Assembly: GCA_964651645.1 (NCBI GenBank)
Contig: CAZYVW010000002.1
Location: forward strand, 1-33,235
Length of the DNA stretch: 33,235 nucleotides
DNA from: an uncultured Candidatus Saccharibacteria bacterium
GTDB taxonomy: Bacteria > Patescibacteriota > Saccharimonadia > Saccharimonadales > CAZYVW01
Reading direction: 5' to 3'
A model generated the notes under the pieces. That model worked only from the letters and a program-made list of their open reading frames with translations, did not search any database and had not been told where the DNA came from. Below, piece after piece: positions 12,609 to 22,227 of the stretch; position 1 is the first letter of the stretch, and the number at the start of each line of letters is the position of its first letter. The position numbers and the translations under genes were made by a program.

Positions 12609-14009
12609 ATGGGGAAGGCTTTATACCGCAAATACCGTTCTAAGAGTCTGTCTGAAATTATTGGGCAGGAGCATATTACGACTACTCTTAGTAATGCTCT
12701 AAAAAGTGGTCGGATTAGCCATGCTTATTTATTTACTGGCCCACGAGGTGTTGGTAAAACTTCTGTGGCTAGGATTTTGGCTCACGAAGTAAATGGTCTG
12801 CCTTACGACGAAGCAAACAACCACATGGACATTATTGAAATAGATGCCGCCAGCAACCGTGGCATTGAAGACATCCGGGATTTGCGCAGCAAAGTTGCCG
12901 TCACGCCAACCTCTGCCAAATACAAGGTCTACATTATTGATGAAGTCCACATGCTAACCACACCGGCTTTTAACGCACTGTTAAAAACTTTAGAAGAACC
13001 GCCCGAGCATGCCATATTTATCCTGGCAACGACTGAAGCCCACAAACTACCGGAAACCATCGTCTCGCGAACCCAGCGCTTTAGTTTTAAACCAATTGAT
13101 GAAACCAAAGCCGTAGAGCACCTGAAAAACATTGCCAAACAAGAAAAGATTAAAATTGAGGACGCGGCCCTGGATTTAATTGTTAAACACGGTGCCGGCA
13201 GCTTTAGAGACAGCATTAGTTTGCTCGACCAAGCCAGCAGCACGAAAGACAACATTAGTTTAAGCGACGTTCAAACTTTCCTAGGCATTGCGCCGGTAGA
13301 GCGAATTGAAGCCTTATATAGAACCGTAAGCCAAGGCACACCCGCAGATTTACTAGATCAATTGTCCAGCCTTTTCAGCGGCGGCTTTACCCCTGCCAAT
13401 GTCGCCAAACAGCTTGGGTCTTATCTGCGCCAACAAATACAAACTGGTTCTGACAAAAGCAGCGCTTCACTAAAGTTACTAGAAGATTTACTCAAAGTGC
13501 CAGCTGCCCAAGACAGCGAATCACTCCTTGAAATTATTCTGTTGCAGGCACTGTTTGATAACAGCCCAGAAGGAAAAGTTGCTGAGCTGCCTACTGAGCA
13601 AAAAATCTCGGAGCCTCAAGTTGAAGCTACTCCACAGCCTGCACTGAAAGAAGAGGTCACCTTAGTCAGTACGAATGTTGCCGGCTCAGAAAAAGAGCCT
13701 TGGCAAGCTGTTTTAGAAGCCCTGAAGGGCAGACATAACACGCTTTACGGTATTTTGCGTATGGCCAAGGCCGAGGAAAAAGACAAAAAACTAATTTTGA
13801 GTTTTGCATTTGCATTCCACCAAAAGCGGATGAGCGAGGCTAGTAACAAAGATCTGATTGCTAAGACAGTCCGGGAGGTTTTTGGTCGGCCGTTGATCAT
13901 TGACTGCCAAGTACTGGACAAATCTAGTTATCCAAAATCAGAGTCTAAACCTGCTAAAGAAATAGAAACCATTAGCAATATTTTTGGTAACGTAGAAGTA
14001 GTAGACTAG
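12609..14009 (+). CDS. dnaX: DNA polymerase III subunit gamma/tau
   Basis: 466 aa with Walker A GPRGVGKTS, Walker B IIDEVHML and sensor SRTQRF. SD AGAGG lies 6 nt upstream. Confidence 0.92.
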   Translation: MGKALYRKYRSKSLSEIIGQEHITTTLSNALKSGRISHAYLFTGPRGVGKTSVARILAHEVNGLPYDEANNHMDIIEIDAASNRGIEDIRDLRSKVAVTPTSAKYKVYIIDEVHMLTTPAFNALLKTLEEPPEHAIFILATTEAHKLPETIVSRTQRFSFKPIDETKAVEHLKNIAKQEKIKIEDAALDLIVKHGAGSFRDSISLLDQASSTKDNISLSDVQTFLGIAPVERIEALYRTVSQGTPADLLDQLSSLFSGGFTPANVAKQLGSYLRQQIQTGSDKSSASLKLLEDLLKVPAAQDSESLLEIILLQALFDNSPEGKVAELPTEQKISEPQVEATPQPALKEEVTLVSTNVAGSEKEPWQAVLEALKGRHNTLYGILRMAKAEEKDKKLILSFAFAFHQKRMSEASNKDLIAKTVREVFGRPLIIDCQVLDKSSYPKSESKPAKEIETISNIFGNVEVVD

Positions 14010-14016
14010 ATAGACT

Positions 14017-15378
14017 ATGGATGAAAAGCCTGCGAATATACCTCCACAAAACGTGGACGCAGAAGCCTCACTGCTTGGTGCAATTCTAATTGATCCGGAT
14101 GCCATAGTTAAGGTGGCAGATAATCTCAGCGCCGATGATTTCTACGATGAGAAACACCGGCGAATTTACGAGGCAGTAACCCAGCTTTATGAAAACCACA
14201 GCCCAGTAGATGTCCTGACGCTTTCCGATCAATTAAAAGGCAATGGCTTGTTGGACATAGTTGGTGGCTCGGCTTACTTAACTGAGCTAACCAACTTTGT
14301 GCCAACCGCCTCGCACGTGGAGCGCTATGCCGACATCGTTGCCAGCAAGGCTATGCGCCGGCGCCTAATAAAAGCTTCTCAGGATATTTCTGGCCTAGGT
14401 TTTGACGAAGGTCGCGACCTGCAAGAATTAATTGAAGAGGCTGAAACGCGACTGTTTGAAGTTAGTCAAAAGCAAGTCTCACAAGACATTGCCAGCCTGG
14501 AAACTATCTTAGGCGAAAGTTTTGAACGTTTGGATGAGCTGCACAAGGACAAAGGCAAGGTCCGTGGCGTGCCAACCGGTTATAAAGACCTTGACCATAT
14601 TCTGGCTGGTCTGCAGCGCTCGGACTTGATTGTGCTAGCCGCCAGGCCATCAATGGGCAAGACCGCCCTGGCCCTGAACATTGCCTATAACGTGGCATCT
14701 AAAGCCGCTATGCCAGTACTTATGTTCAGTCTTGAGATGAGCAAAGAGCAGTTAGTAGACCGCATGCTGGCTATGGAGTCTGGCGTTGACGCCTGGGCAC
14801 TAAGAACCGGAAACCTAAATGACGCTGACTTTGAGAAAATCGGCCAAGCTATGGGCACACTTAGCGAGGCCAAAATGTATATTGACGATTCTCCTGGCAT
14901 TACGGTCAGCGACCTGCGCACTAAAGCCCGCCGCGAGGCCCACACCCACCCGCTTGGTTTAATTGTTGTCGACTACTTGCAGCTCATGAGTGGTGGATCA
15001 CGCTATGGTGGGGATGGCAACCGTGTTCAGGAAATTTCAGAAATCTCTCGTGGACTTAAGGGTGTTGCCCGCGAACTTAACGTGCCGGTACTTGCGCTTA
15101 GCCAGCTAAGTCGCTCGGTAGAAAGCCGCACACCACCACACCCGCAATTGGCTGATTTGCGTGAGTCTGGCTCAATTGAACAAGATGCCGACGTCGTAGC
15201 TTTTATTTATAGGGAAGAGTACTACAACCCGGAAACCGACAAGAAGAACGTTACAGACATCTTCATTAAGAAGCATCGTAACGGGCCAACTGGCTCAATT
15301 GAACTGTACTTTGACCGTGAGAAACAGCGTTTCCGCTCGCTAGATACCCGTCAGCCCCAGCAACCCTTTACGGACTAG
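14017..15378 (+). CDS. dnaB: replicative DNA helicase DnaB
   Basis: 453 aa with N-terminal PQNVDAEASLLGAIL, Walker A ARPSMGKTALAL, VVDYLQLM and SQLSR. The normal length argues against an intein. Confidence 0.95.
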   Translation: MDEKPANIPPQNVDAEASLLGAILIDPDAIVKVADNLSADDFYDEKHRRIYEAVTQLYENHSPVDVLTLSDQLKGNGLLDIVGGSAYLTELTNFVPTASHVERYADIVASKAMRRRLIKASQDISGLGFDEGRDLQELIEEAETRLFEVSQKQVSQDIASLETILGESFERLDELHKDKGKVRGVPTGYKDLDHILAGLQRSDLIVLAARPSMGKTALALNIAYNVASKAAMPVLMFSLEMSKEQLVDRMLAMESGVDAWALRTGNLNDADFEKIGQAMGTLSEAKMYIDDSPGITVSDLRTKARREAHTHPLGLIVVDYLQLMSGGSRYGGDGNRVQEISEISRGLKGVARELNVPVLALSQLSRSVESRTPPHPQLADLRESGSIEQDADVVAFIYREEYYNPETDKKNVTDIFIKKHRNGPTGSIELYFDREKQRFRSLDTRQPQQPFTD

Positions 15379-15406
15379 TAATACAGCCACCTAAAACTGT
15401 ATAATT

Positions 15407-16618
15407 GTGCTAATACTTATGGGTAAGCTTTCTTCTTTTTTCTTTGGCAAGTGGCATATTGTTATTAACTACATCCTGGCAACAGTTGGCGTAGTCGCTC
15501 TGCTTGGTTACCAACTTGTCAAAATTACTAAGGGTATGGCCAGTGCCAGCGAGTTAGCTACCATCCAACAATCAGCTTCACTCCATGGCCTACTGCATAA
15601 CCCGTTGTTTCTGCCCTATAAATGCCTAACTTACCTTTTACTCAAAACTCCCCTGCAGAGTTTAACAGCAGTCCGTTTAACAAGTGTTATCTTTGGGGCT
15701 GCCAGTATTTGGCTGTTTTATAGGATTGTTAAGAATTGGTATACGCCGCGTGTGGCAGTATTAGCGACTATTCTATATGCCACATCCAGCTGGTTTTTGA
15801 ATACCGCTCGTTTTGGCTCTCCACAAATATTATTTACAGCTATTTTGGTCGGTTTATGGGCGGGATTGTTATTTAGATCCTATGAAAGACACCCTTGGCT
15901 TGTGGTTGTGGTGGCGGGTTTAGTGCCAGCAATTTGCTATGTACCTGGCCTTATTTGGTTTGTCTTAGCCGCAGCTATCTGGCAATTTAAACATATTATT
16001 AAGGTCCTTAAGACTTTGCCAATTAAGCCTAAATTAGCCGCCTTTTTAATCGGCTTGATTGGCTTTGCTCCTTTGGTAGCTGGTTTAATCTTGGAGCCTC
16101 AGTTTATCCGTCCCTTGCTTGGTGTACCCCAGCCTCTGCCAACAGTTCATACTATGCTAACCAATCTGCTTAATATCCCGTTAAACCTGTTCTATCATGG
16201 GCCAACAAATCCGGCAGTTTGGATTGCCGGCACGCCGCTAGTAGACTTCTTTGGTCTGGTCATGCTTGTCTTGGGTCTTTATGCACTGCGATTTAACTTT
16301 GCGCTTGACCGCATACAAATGCTTTTGGCCCTTTTGATCCTAAGTACAGTTCTGTTAATATTTGGCGGCATCAATATTATTATCCTTCAACCTTTAGTCT
16401 ATGTGGCTATCGCCTCCGGAATTGCCTTTATGCTCCAGCAGTGGTTTACGGTCTTTCCGCGTAATCCGCTGGCTAGGCTACTTGCTGTGACGCTACTGAC
16501 TGCTGCTATCGGCCTCAGTTGTTACTATCAGCTCAGCCATTATTTTATCGCCTGGAGGCACAGTCCCGAGACTCAGGCCGTGTATAACATACAGGTTCCG
16601 TCTAATCTGTTAAAATAA
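15407..16618 (+). CDS. polytopic membrane protein, GT-C (ArnT/PMT)-like by architecture
   Basis: 403 aa with ~11 hydrophobic segments and no soluble domain. GTG 15407 or ATG 15419 could be the start. The family assignment is not verifiable by eye. Confidence 0.5.
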   Translation: MLILMGKLSSFFFGKWHIVINYILATVGVVALLGYQLVKITKGMASASELATIQQSASLHGLLHNPLFLPYKCLTYLLLKTPLQSLTAVRLTSVIFGAASIWLFYRIVKNWYTPRVAVLATILYATSSWFLNTARFGSPQILFTAILVGLWAGLLFRSYERHPWLVVVVAGLVPAICYVPGLIWFVLAAAIWQFKHIIKVLKTLPIKPKLAAFLIGLIGFAPLVAGLILEPQFIRPLLGVPQPLPTVHTMLTNLLNIPLNLFYHGPTNPAVWIAGTPLVDFFGLVMLVLGLYALRFNFALDRIQMLLALLILSTVLLIFGGINIIILQPLVYVAIASGIAFMLQQWFTVFPRNPLARLLAVTLLTAAIGLSCYYQLSHYFIAWRHSPETQAVYNIQVPSNLLK

Positions 16619-16639
16619 GTATATAAAAGAGGTATTACA

Positions 16640-16933
16640 ATGAGCCGGTTTGACCAAGCAAAATTACTAATGAAAGTTAAGAAACTTCAAAAAGAATTAC
16701 AAAAAGAAGTAATTGTTATTGAACAAGGCGACGGTGCCGTGCGCATAGAAATTACCGGCGAACAGAAACTTAAAAGGGTTAAAATTGACCCTGCGTCCGT
16801 TGACTTGGAAGATATTGGCCAACTAGAGCGCTGGGTTGAAGACGCTGTAAAAGAAGCTATTGCTGAAAGTCAAAAAGTGGCTGCCGAGAAAATGCAGCCA
16901 GTTATGAGCCAATTAGGTAACCTTGGATTGTAG
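16640..16933 (+). CDS. ybaB: YbaB/EbfC family nucleoid-associated protein
   Basis: 97 aa with KKLQKELQK...ITGEQKLKRVKIDP, in the conserved position before recR. SD AAGAGG upstream. Confidence 0.9.
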   Translation: MSRFDQAKLLMKVKKLQKELQKEVIVIEQGDGAVRIEITGEQKLKRVKIDPASVDLEDIGQLERWVEDAVKEAIAESQKVAAEKMQPVMSQLGNLGL

Positions 16934-16945
16934 AAGCAGGTAATT

Positions 16946-17554
16946 ATGCAAATTCTGCCGCCGGCATTAGAGAAGGTAATTGAGACTTTGGGCTCATTAC
17001 CTGGTGTAGGACCGCGTACCGCGGAACGCTACGCCTATTATTTGCTACGCAGTGATAATGACAAAGCTAAACATATTGCCGAGAGTCTGGAGATTTTGCA
17101 CGACAAAGTGGATTACTGCCAAAAAACTTTTGCGCTAGTAGAGAAGGGCAAAAAATACTCAGACCTTTATACCAACCCCTCGCGAGACAAACAAACCATA
17201 GCCGTGGTTGCCGAGCCTTTTGATATTGTGGCCTTAGAAAAGACCGGGCATTATAAGGGTACTTACCACGTGCTTGGTGGGTTGATCTCACCGATTGATG
17301 GTGTTGGCCCACAAGAGTTGCATATTGGGCAGCTTATTAAACGCGTTAAAGATGATAGCGTTAAAGAAATTATTCTGGCCACAAACGCTAGCGTGGAAGG
17401 TGAGACAACCGCTTTGTATATTCAACAGCAACTTGCTGATACAAAAGTTAAGCTTACCCGCTTAGCCCGTGGCTTATCAATAGGCGTTGACCTGGAATAC
17501 GCTGACCAAATTACTCTGGGGCGTGCCCTGGAAGGACGGACGGCCGTAATATGA
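16946..17554 (+). CDS. recR: recombination protein RecR (Cys4 zinc finger not conserved)
   Basis: 202 aa with HhH LPGVGPRTAERYAYYLL, Toprim IAVVAEP...ILATNASVEGETTA and a Walker-B-like C-terminus. There is only one Cys in the whole protein. Confidence 0.9.
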   Translation: MQILPPALEKVIETLGSLPGVGPRTAERYAYYLLRSDNDKAKHIAESLEILHDKVDYCQKTFALVEKGKKYSDLYTNPSRDKQTIAVVAEPFDIVALEKTGHYKGTYHVLGGLISPIDGVGPQELHIGQLIKRVKDDSVKEIILATNASVEGETTALYIQQQLADTKVKLTRLARGLSIGVDLEYADQITLGRALEGRTAVI

Positions 17555-18567
17555 AGTCCGACGAGCTAAAAAAGCTACTTGATGGTACTAAAACCATTGT
17601 AATCATGCAGGCCGATAACCCGGATGGCGATAGCCTAGCCAGTGCTTTGGCTTTGGAACAAATTCTAGGTGATCTTGGCAAAGAACCGCACCTATACTGC
17701 GGCGTAGATATGCCAACTTACCTGCGCTACTTAAAAGGCTGGGACAGAGTAAACAAAGACCTCCCCGCCAAGTTTGACCTTAGTATTATTGTAGACACCA
17801 GCACGATTAGTCTATTTGAAACATTAGAAAAGTCTGGTCAGCAAGGCTGGGTGGCCGGAAAACCTTGTGTTGTTCTTGACCACCACGCTGTGGATTTAAA
17901 CATTCCTTTTGCCTCGCTAGTTATTAATCTGCCGGCAGTCGCAACTGGCGAGGTTATTTACGAGCTCGCTAAGGAGCTTAAGTGGGAGCTAAACCATGAA
18001 GCTAAGGAAATGCTGGCGGTTTCAATTTTGTCTGACAGCCTAGGCCTTATTAGCGAGGGCACATCAGCCCGTAGTATCCATATTATCGCTGAACTAGTAG
18101 ACAGCGGAGTTAAGCTGGCTGAGCTAGAGAACGCTAGGCGGGAAATGATGCGTAAGAGTCCTGAACTAGTGGAATACAAAGGCCGGCTGCTACAACGCGT
18201 GGAGTACCACGATGATAACAGGATTGCGACCATCACTATCCCTTGGGAAGAAATAGAAAAATATAGCGCCGCTTATAACCCGTCCATGCTAGTGATTGAC
18301 GATATGCGCCTGACGGAAAATACAGACATTGCGATTGCTTTTAAAGTTTATCGTGATGGCAAGGTGACCGCTAAAATCCGCTGCAATTACGGCAAAGCCG
18401 TTGGCGGCGACCTGGCTAAGCACTTTGGCGGTGGTGGTCACCCCTACGCCAGCGGCTTTAAAATCCAAGACGGCACACCTTTTGAACAGGTAAAAGCCGA
18501 AACAATTAAGCTCGCCAGCGAACTTCTTGGTAAACTGGAATCAGGCAAAACAAATGAAACTTTATAA
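17551..18567 (+). CDS. DHH/DHHA1 phosphoesterase (NrnA-like oligoribonuclease/pAp phosphatase)
   Basis: 338 aa with DNPDGDSLASALAL, VLDHHAV (DHH) and GGGGHPYASGF (DHHA1). ATGA start/stop overlap with recR. Confidence 0.85.
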   Translation: MKSDELKKLLDGTKTIVIMQADNPDGDSLASALALEQILGDLGKEPHLYCGVDMPTYLRYLKGWDRVNKDLPAKFDLSIIVDTSTISLFETLEKSGQQGWVAGKPCVVLDHHAVDLNIPFASLVINLPAVATGEVIYELAKELKWELNHEAKEMLAVSILSDSLGLISEGTSARSIHIIAELVDSGVKLAELENARREMMRKSPELVEYKGRLLQRVEYHDDNRIATITIPWEEIEKYSAAYNPSMLVIDDMRLTENTDIAIAFKVYRDGKVTAKIRCNYGKAVGGDLAKHFGGGGHPYASGFKIQDGTPFEQVKAETIKLASELLGKLESGKTNETL

Positions 18568-19960
18568 CACCCTTAGCCGCAAAGTTGAAGACTTTAAACC
18601 ACTAGAGAACAAGAAGGTACGGATTTATTCTTGCGGTCCAACAATTTATGACCATGTGCATATAGGCAACTTAAGTAGTTTTGTTTATGTCGATACTCTG
18701 AGGCGCGCGCTAGTAGCTGAAGGATATGAAGTAGAGCACGTTATGAATTTTACTGACGTTAGCGACAAAATAATCTTACGCGCCGGAGAGAAATATCCCG
18801 AGTTAGCACCAGAAGAAGCCTTAAAAAAACTAACTGATGAGTATAAACAATTATTCTTGGATGACATGAAAGCTATCGGCAACGATGTTTCGGCTATCAA
18901 GTTTGTCAGTGCGGTTGAAAGCATCCCGCGGATGCAGACGTTAATTGCTGAACTATACAAAAATGGCTTTGCTTATATTGCCGAAGATGGTGTGTATTTT
19001 TCCATTGAAAAGTACAAAGCTAGTGGCAAAAAATACGGTCAGCTACTGGAACTTACTTCTGATAACACTAGTGTCGAGCGTATCCAAAATGATGAGTACG
19101 ACAAAGAGTCTGTTCACGACTTTGCCTTATGGAAGGCCAAGAAAGACAACGAGCCAGCCTGGGACTTTGAGCTGGATGGCCATAATTTGCTTGGCCGGCC
19201 GGGTTGGCATATAGAATGTTCAGCCATGAGCGTGGAAGCGCTAGGGCAGCCGTTTGATATCCATACCGGTGGCGTTGACTTGATTTTCCCACACCACGAG
19301 AATGAGATCGCCCAAAGCACGGCCGGCAAAGACGAGGACTACGCCAAATTTTTTGTGCACAATGAACATTTACTTGTTGACGGCAAAAAAATGAGCAAAT
19401 CACTCAATAACTTTTACACGCTAACTGATATAAAAGAGAAAGGCTTTGACCCATTGGCTTTTCGTTTATTGGTTTTGCAGTCGCACTATCGAAAACAATC
19501 GAACTTCTCTTGGGAGAATTTAGAAACAGCACAGAATTTACTAAGGGATTATAAAGGTTTGGCCGAACGCAAGTGGCAGAGTATTCAGGACTCGCAGGCC
19601 ATTACTACGGATTATGTAGATTATGTAGAAAATGAATTGCCCCAGCAATTAATCAAAGCCTTAGGTAATGACCTCAACAGCCCCATGCTTATGTTTCTTC
19701 TAAACGAAGCAAAGGAAGAACTGAATGAAAGTGTCAGCGAGTATATAATTCCAGCGCTTAAGCTCTTGGACTCAGCTACCGGATTGAATTTGTCTGCTAG
19801 CGAAGATATAAACGACCACCAGAAACAACTTTTAGAAGAACGGAAAACAGCAAGGAAAAACAGCAATTTCACAAAGTCTGATGATTTAAGAAATGAATTA
19901 GAAGAGCAGGGCATCGGAGTCCGGGATACTGACCAGGGACAGATTTGGTACCGCCTCTAG
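18554..19960 (+). CDS. cysS: cysteine--tRNA ligase
   Basis: HIGN and KMSKS class-I motifs, and CGPTIYD. I place the start at ATG 18554 (MKLYNTLSRK..) rather than the track's 18527. Confidence 0.93.
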   Translation: MKLYNTLSRKVEDFKPLENKKVRIYSCGPTIYDHVHIGNLSSFVYVDTLRRALVAEGYEVEHVMNFTDVSDKIILRAGEKYPELAPEEALKKLTDEYKQLFLDDMKAIGNDVSAIKFVSAVESIPRMQTLIAELYKNGFAYIAEDGVYFSIEKYKASGKKYGQLLELTSDNTSVERIQNDEYDKESVHDFALWKAKKDNEPAWDFELDGHNLLGRPGWHIECSAMSVEALGQPFDIHTGGVDLIFPHHENEIAQSTAGKDEDYAKFFVHNEHLLVDGKKMSKSLNNFYTLTDIKEKGFDPLAFRLLVLQSHYRKQSNFSWENLETAQNLLRDYKGLAERKWQSIQDSQAITTDYVDYVENELPQQLIKALGNDLNSPMLMFLLNEAKEELNESVSEYIIPALKLLDSATGLNLSASEDINDHQKQLLEERKTARKNSNFTKSDDLRNELEEQGIGVRDTDQGQIWYRL

Positions 19961-21069
19961 GCAGTATTCTTCTCGGCTTCTTCGAGTGGTTCAAGCACGT
20001 CATGGCGTGTAAAGTAATCTAAGACTAGGATTCTAAGACAACCGGCAATAGGGATTGCTACTAGACCACCCAGCAAGCCGCTAAAACTAACACCAATAAT
20101 TACCGAGCTAAAGACCAACAGTGGCGACATGTTAGTATTATTGGCCTGGATCTTAGGCTGAAGAACGTAGTTCTCAATCTGTTGGTAAAGAATGTAGTAG
20201 GCTAAGATAATGATGGCCGAAACTGGTGAATGGAACAAAGCAATAGTTGAGACAATTACCGCACCCAGACTGTGACCAACCAGGGGAATAAGTCCACAGG
20301 TGAACACCACAACCATCAGAGCTATAGGATAACTGACGTGCAAAATAAGCAGAGGGACAAGGATCATCACTGAAGCTATAGCAGCCAGCAGCACTTGGCC
20401 ATTTATGTAACCCCTGACTACTTTGTACATTTCCAGGCCTAGTTTTTGAGCATGACGCTCTTTGTTATCCGGCAGCAGCCGTTTAATAAGATCCAGCCAG
20501 CGGGGGCCTTCTATGAGCATCATAAAAGTCAGGACTAGCACCGTTAGTACAGAAAAGACGCTACCGGCAATACGTGTCAAGGTTCCAAAAGCCGATCCGC
20601 CTAGGTTCTTAAGCCGGGCTGACAACTGGCCAGAAAATTTATCAACTTGGCCTTCCAAATGATGGCGGCGGATGAACTTACCCGTATTAGAGTCTTGATT
20701 ACGAACGTTTTCCACTAATCCCGGCGCGGCACTAATAAAACTGTTAGTCTGCCTGACCAGTGGTGGCACAATACTAGCAATAAAACCAATCAAAAGACCC
20801 ATAATAACGACAAATGAGATTGTAGTAGCTAGTGATCGGCTGCCTTTGCGTTTACCGGGTAAGCGCTCGGCTAGCCAGTGCACAGGTCCGTTGAGCGCCA
20901 GTGCCAAAAAGAAAGCGATAAAAATTAAAGTTAAGGCATGGCGGGCAGTCCTTACTGCCTGAAGAAATACAAATGAACCAATCACCAACGCCAAAACCCT
21001 AATGACGGTTTTGTTGGAGACGGTTAGTTCTAGCTGTTTGTCTTTATGGTGGCTGAATAATCCCAACAT
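19957..21069 (-). CDS. AI-2E family (PerM/UPF0118) transporter
   Basis: 370 aa with ~8 TM segments and the family-typical C-terminal GLLGGLVAIPIAG segment. Confidence 0.8.
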   Translation of the reverse strand: MLGLFSHHKDKQLELTVSNKTVIRVLALVIGSFVFLQAVRTARHALTLIFIAFFLALALNGPVHWLAERLPGKRKGSRSLATTISFVVIMGLLIGFIASIVPPLVRQTNSFISAAPGLVENVRNQDSNTGKFIRRHHLEGQVDKFSGQLSARLKNLGGSAFGTLTRIAGSVFSVLTVLVLTFMMLIEGPRWLDLIKRLLPDNKERHAQKLGLEMYKVVRGYINGQVLLAAIASVMILVPLLILHVSYPIALMVVVFTCGLIPLVGHSLGAVIVSTIALFHSPVSAIIILAYYILYQQIENYVLQPKIQANNTNMSPLLVFSSVIIGVSFSGLLGGLVAIPIAGCLRILVLDYFTRHDVLEPLEEAEKNTA

Positions 21070-21081
21070 GTTTTTATTATC

Positions 21082-22209
21082 TCACTTTTTAGTTGTCTGT
21101 AATACCTCTTTATAAATAAGTATAAGCTGTTTGCCGATGACTGCAACATCATACGCCTGAACCGCTTCTTGCTGCCACTTGTGAGCCCGTCGGCGCGCGG
21201 GGCTGTTGAAAATGTAATGCTTGAGAGTCTTAACTAGCTCAGCAGAGTTTTGAGGCCTGATTAGCTGTTCTTTTTTAGTTATAACCGAGGCATAGCCGCG
21301 GTTTTTGCCGGCCAGCACAACCTCGGCGCCAGCAGCCATAGCTTCTATTAATACAATTCCAAAAGCCTCGCCGCCAAGGCTTGGGAAAATCGCAATGTGG
21401 GCGCTGGCCAGAAAGTTTGGCTTATCGTCCTCACTAATAAAGCCGGCAAAGTGCACAACCGTGCCTAAGTGGTGCTGTTTAACATACTGCTCTAGTTTGC
21501 CAAATAGCGGGCCCTTGCCACCAATCACAACACGCACGTTCATGAGCAAGTGCTTTTTGTGCAGTTTTTCTAAGGCTTCTAGTAATTCCATACAGCCTTT
21601 GCGTTCTACTAAACGACCTAGGAACATAATGTTAACTTTGCCATCGTCATATTTACGCAGCCGTTTGCCTCCGGCAAAGTGATGCAAGCGCACGACATTT
21701 GGCAAAACATACGGCCGGACCTTAAAAGTTTTGTGAGCAAAGTGCGCCGCCGGCGCCGAGACTGCTAATACAACATTGAAACGTTTAATATTTCGCCGCA
21801 GATACAGCCCGAGCAGTCTAGTGCCAAAACGTTCTTTGAACGAGAACGGCAAAACATGGAAGGTCCCCACAATAGTTGTGCCTTGCGGCGCTAACCGCAC
21901 TACCCGAGCACCAAACATTGGACTGTGTGGCATTTGAACATGCAAAACATCAAACTTTTCACGGTTTAGGAATTTACCAAGCTTAACTTTATTAACGGGC
22001 AGGGGAATAGATAAACGGTTCTTATTGAATTTAACGTTAATGTTGCGCGCCAGAGAATGAATGTGCGGCAAATCCCGGCGGCGGGTTTGGCCAACTAGGT
22101 AATGAACTTCGTGGCCCTGGCCTCTCAGCCATTCGCCAAGTGTAATTACATATTGCTGGACGCCATCAGGCTTGTCTAGGCTGTCATCAAGGACGAATCC
22201 AACTTTCAT
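21082..22209 (-). CDS. glycosyltransferase family 4 (GT-B fold)
   Basis: 375 aa with N-terminal MKVGFVLDDSLDKPDGVQQYV and a C-terminal EAFGIVLIEAMAAGAEVV (E-x7-E) motif. Confidence 0.85.
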   Translation of the reverse strand: MKVGFVLDDSLDKPDGVQQYVITLGEWLRGQGHEVHYLVGQTRRRDLPHIHSLARNINVKFNKNRLSIPLPVNKVKLGKFLNREKFDVLHVQMPHSPMFGARVVRLAPQGTTIVGTFHVLPFSFKERFGTRLLGLYLRRNIKRFNVVLAVSAPAAHFAHKTFKVRPYVLPNVVRLHHFAGGKRLRKYDDGKVNIMFLGRLVERKGCMELLEALEKLHKKHLLMNVRVVIGGKGPLFGKLEQYVKQHHLGTVVHFAGFISEDDKPNFLASAHIAIFPSLGGEAFGIVLIEAMAAGAEVVLAGKNRGYASVITKKEQLIRPQNSAELVKTLKHYIFNSPARRRAHKWQQEAVQAYDVAVIGKQLILIYKEVLQTTKK

Positions 22210-22227
22210 CTTGGGACAAGTATACCA

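Noticed and set aside
13782-13791. A6 run (GAC AAA AAA CTA) in dnaX as a possible programmed -1 frameshift site producing gamma
   Set aside because: In the zero frame it is C AAA AAA, not a canonical X XXY YYZ heptamer. It lies near the C-terminus, the -1 frame runs on for ~18 codons, and I saw no downstream stem-loop.
18527-18553. N-terminal extensions in the ORF track for cysS (18527), the VanY-like gene (23132) and the response regulator (32493)
   Set aside because: Each extension precedes a canonical protein N-terminus: MKLYNTLS for CysRS, the signal-anchor MKKKLTYILLL for VanY, and MAKVLIVEDD for the receiver. The response regulator's internal start also has a better SD. The longer forms would overlap neighbouring genes or promoters.
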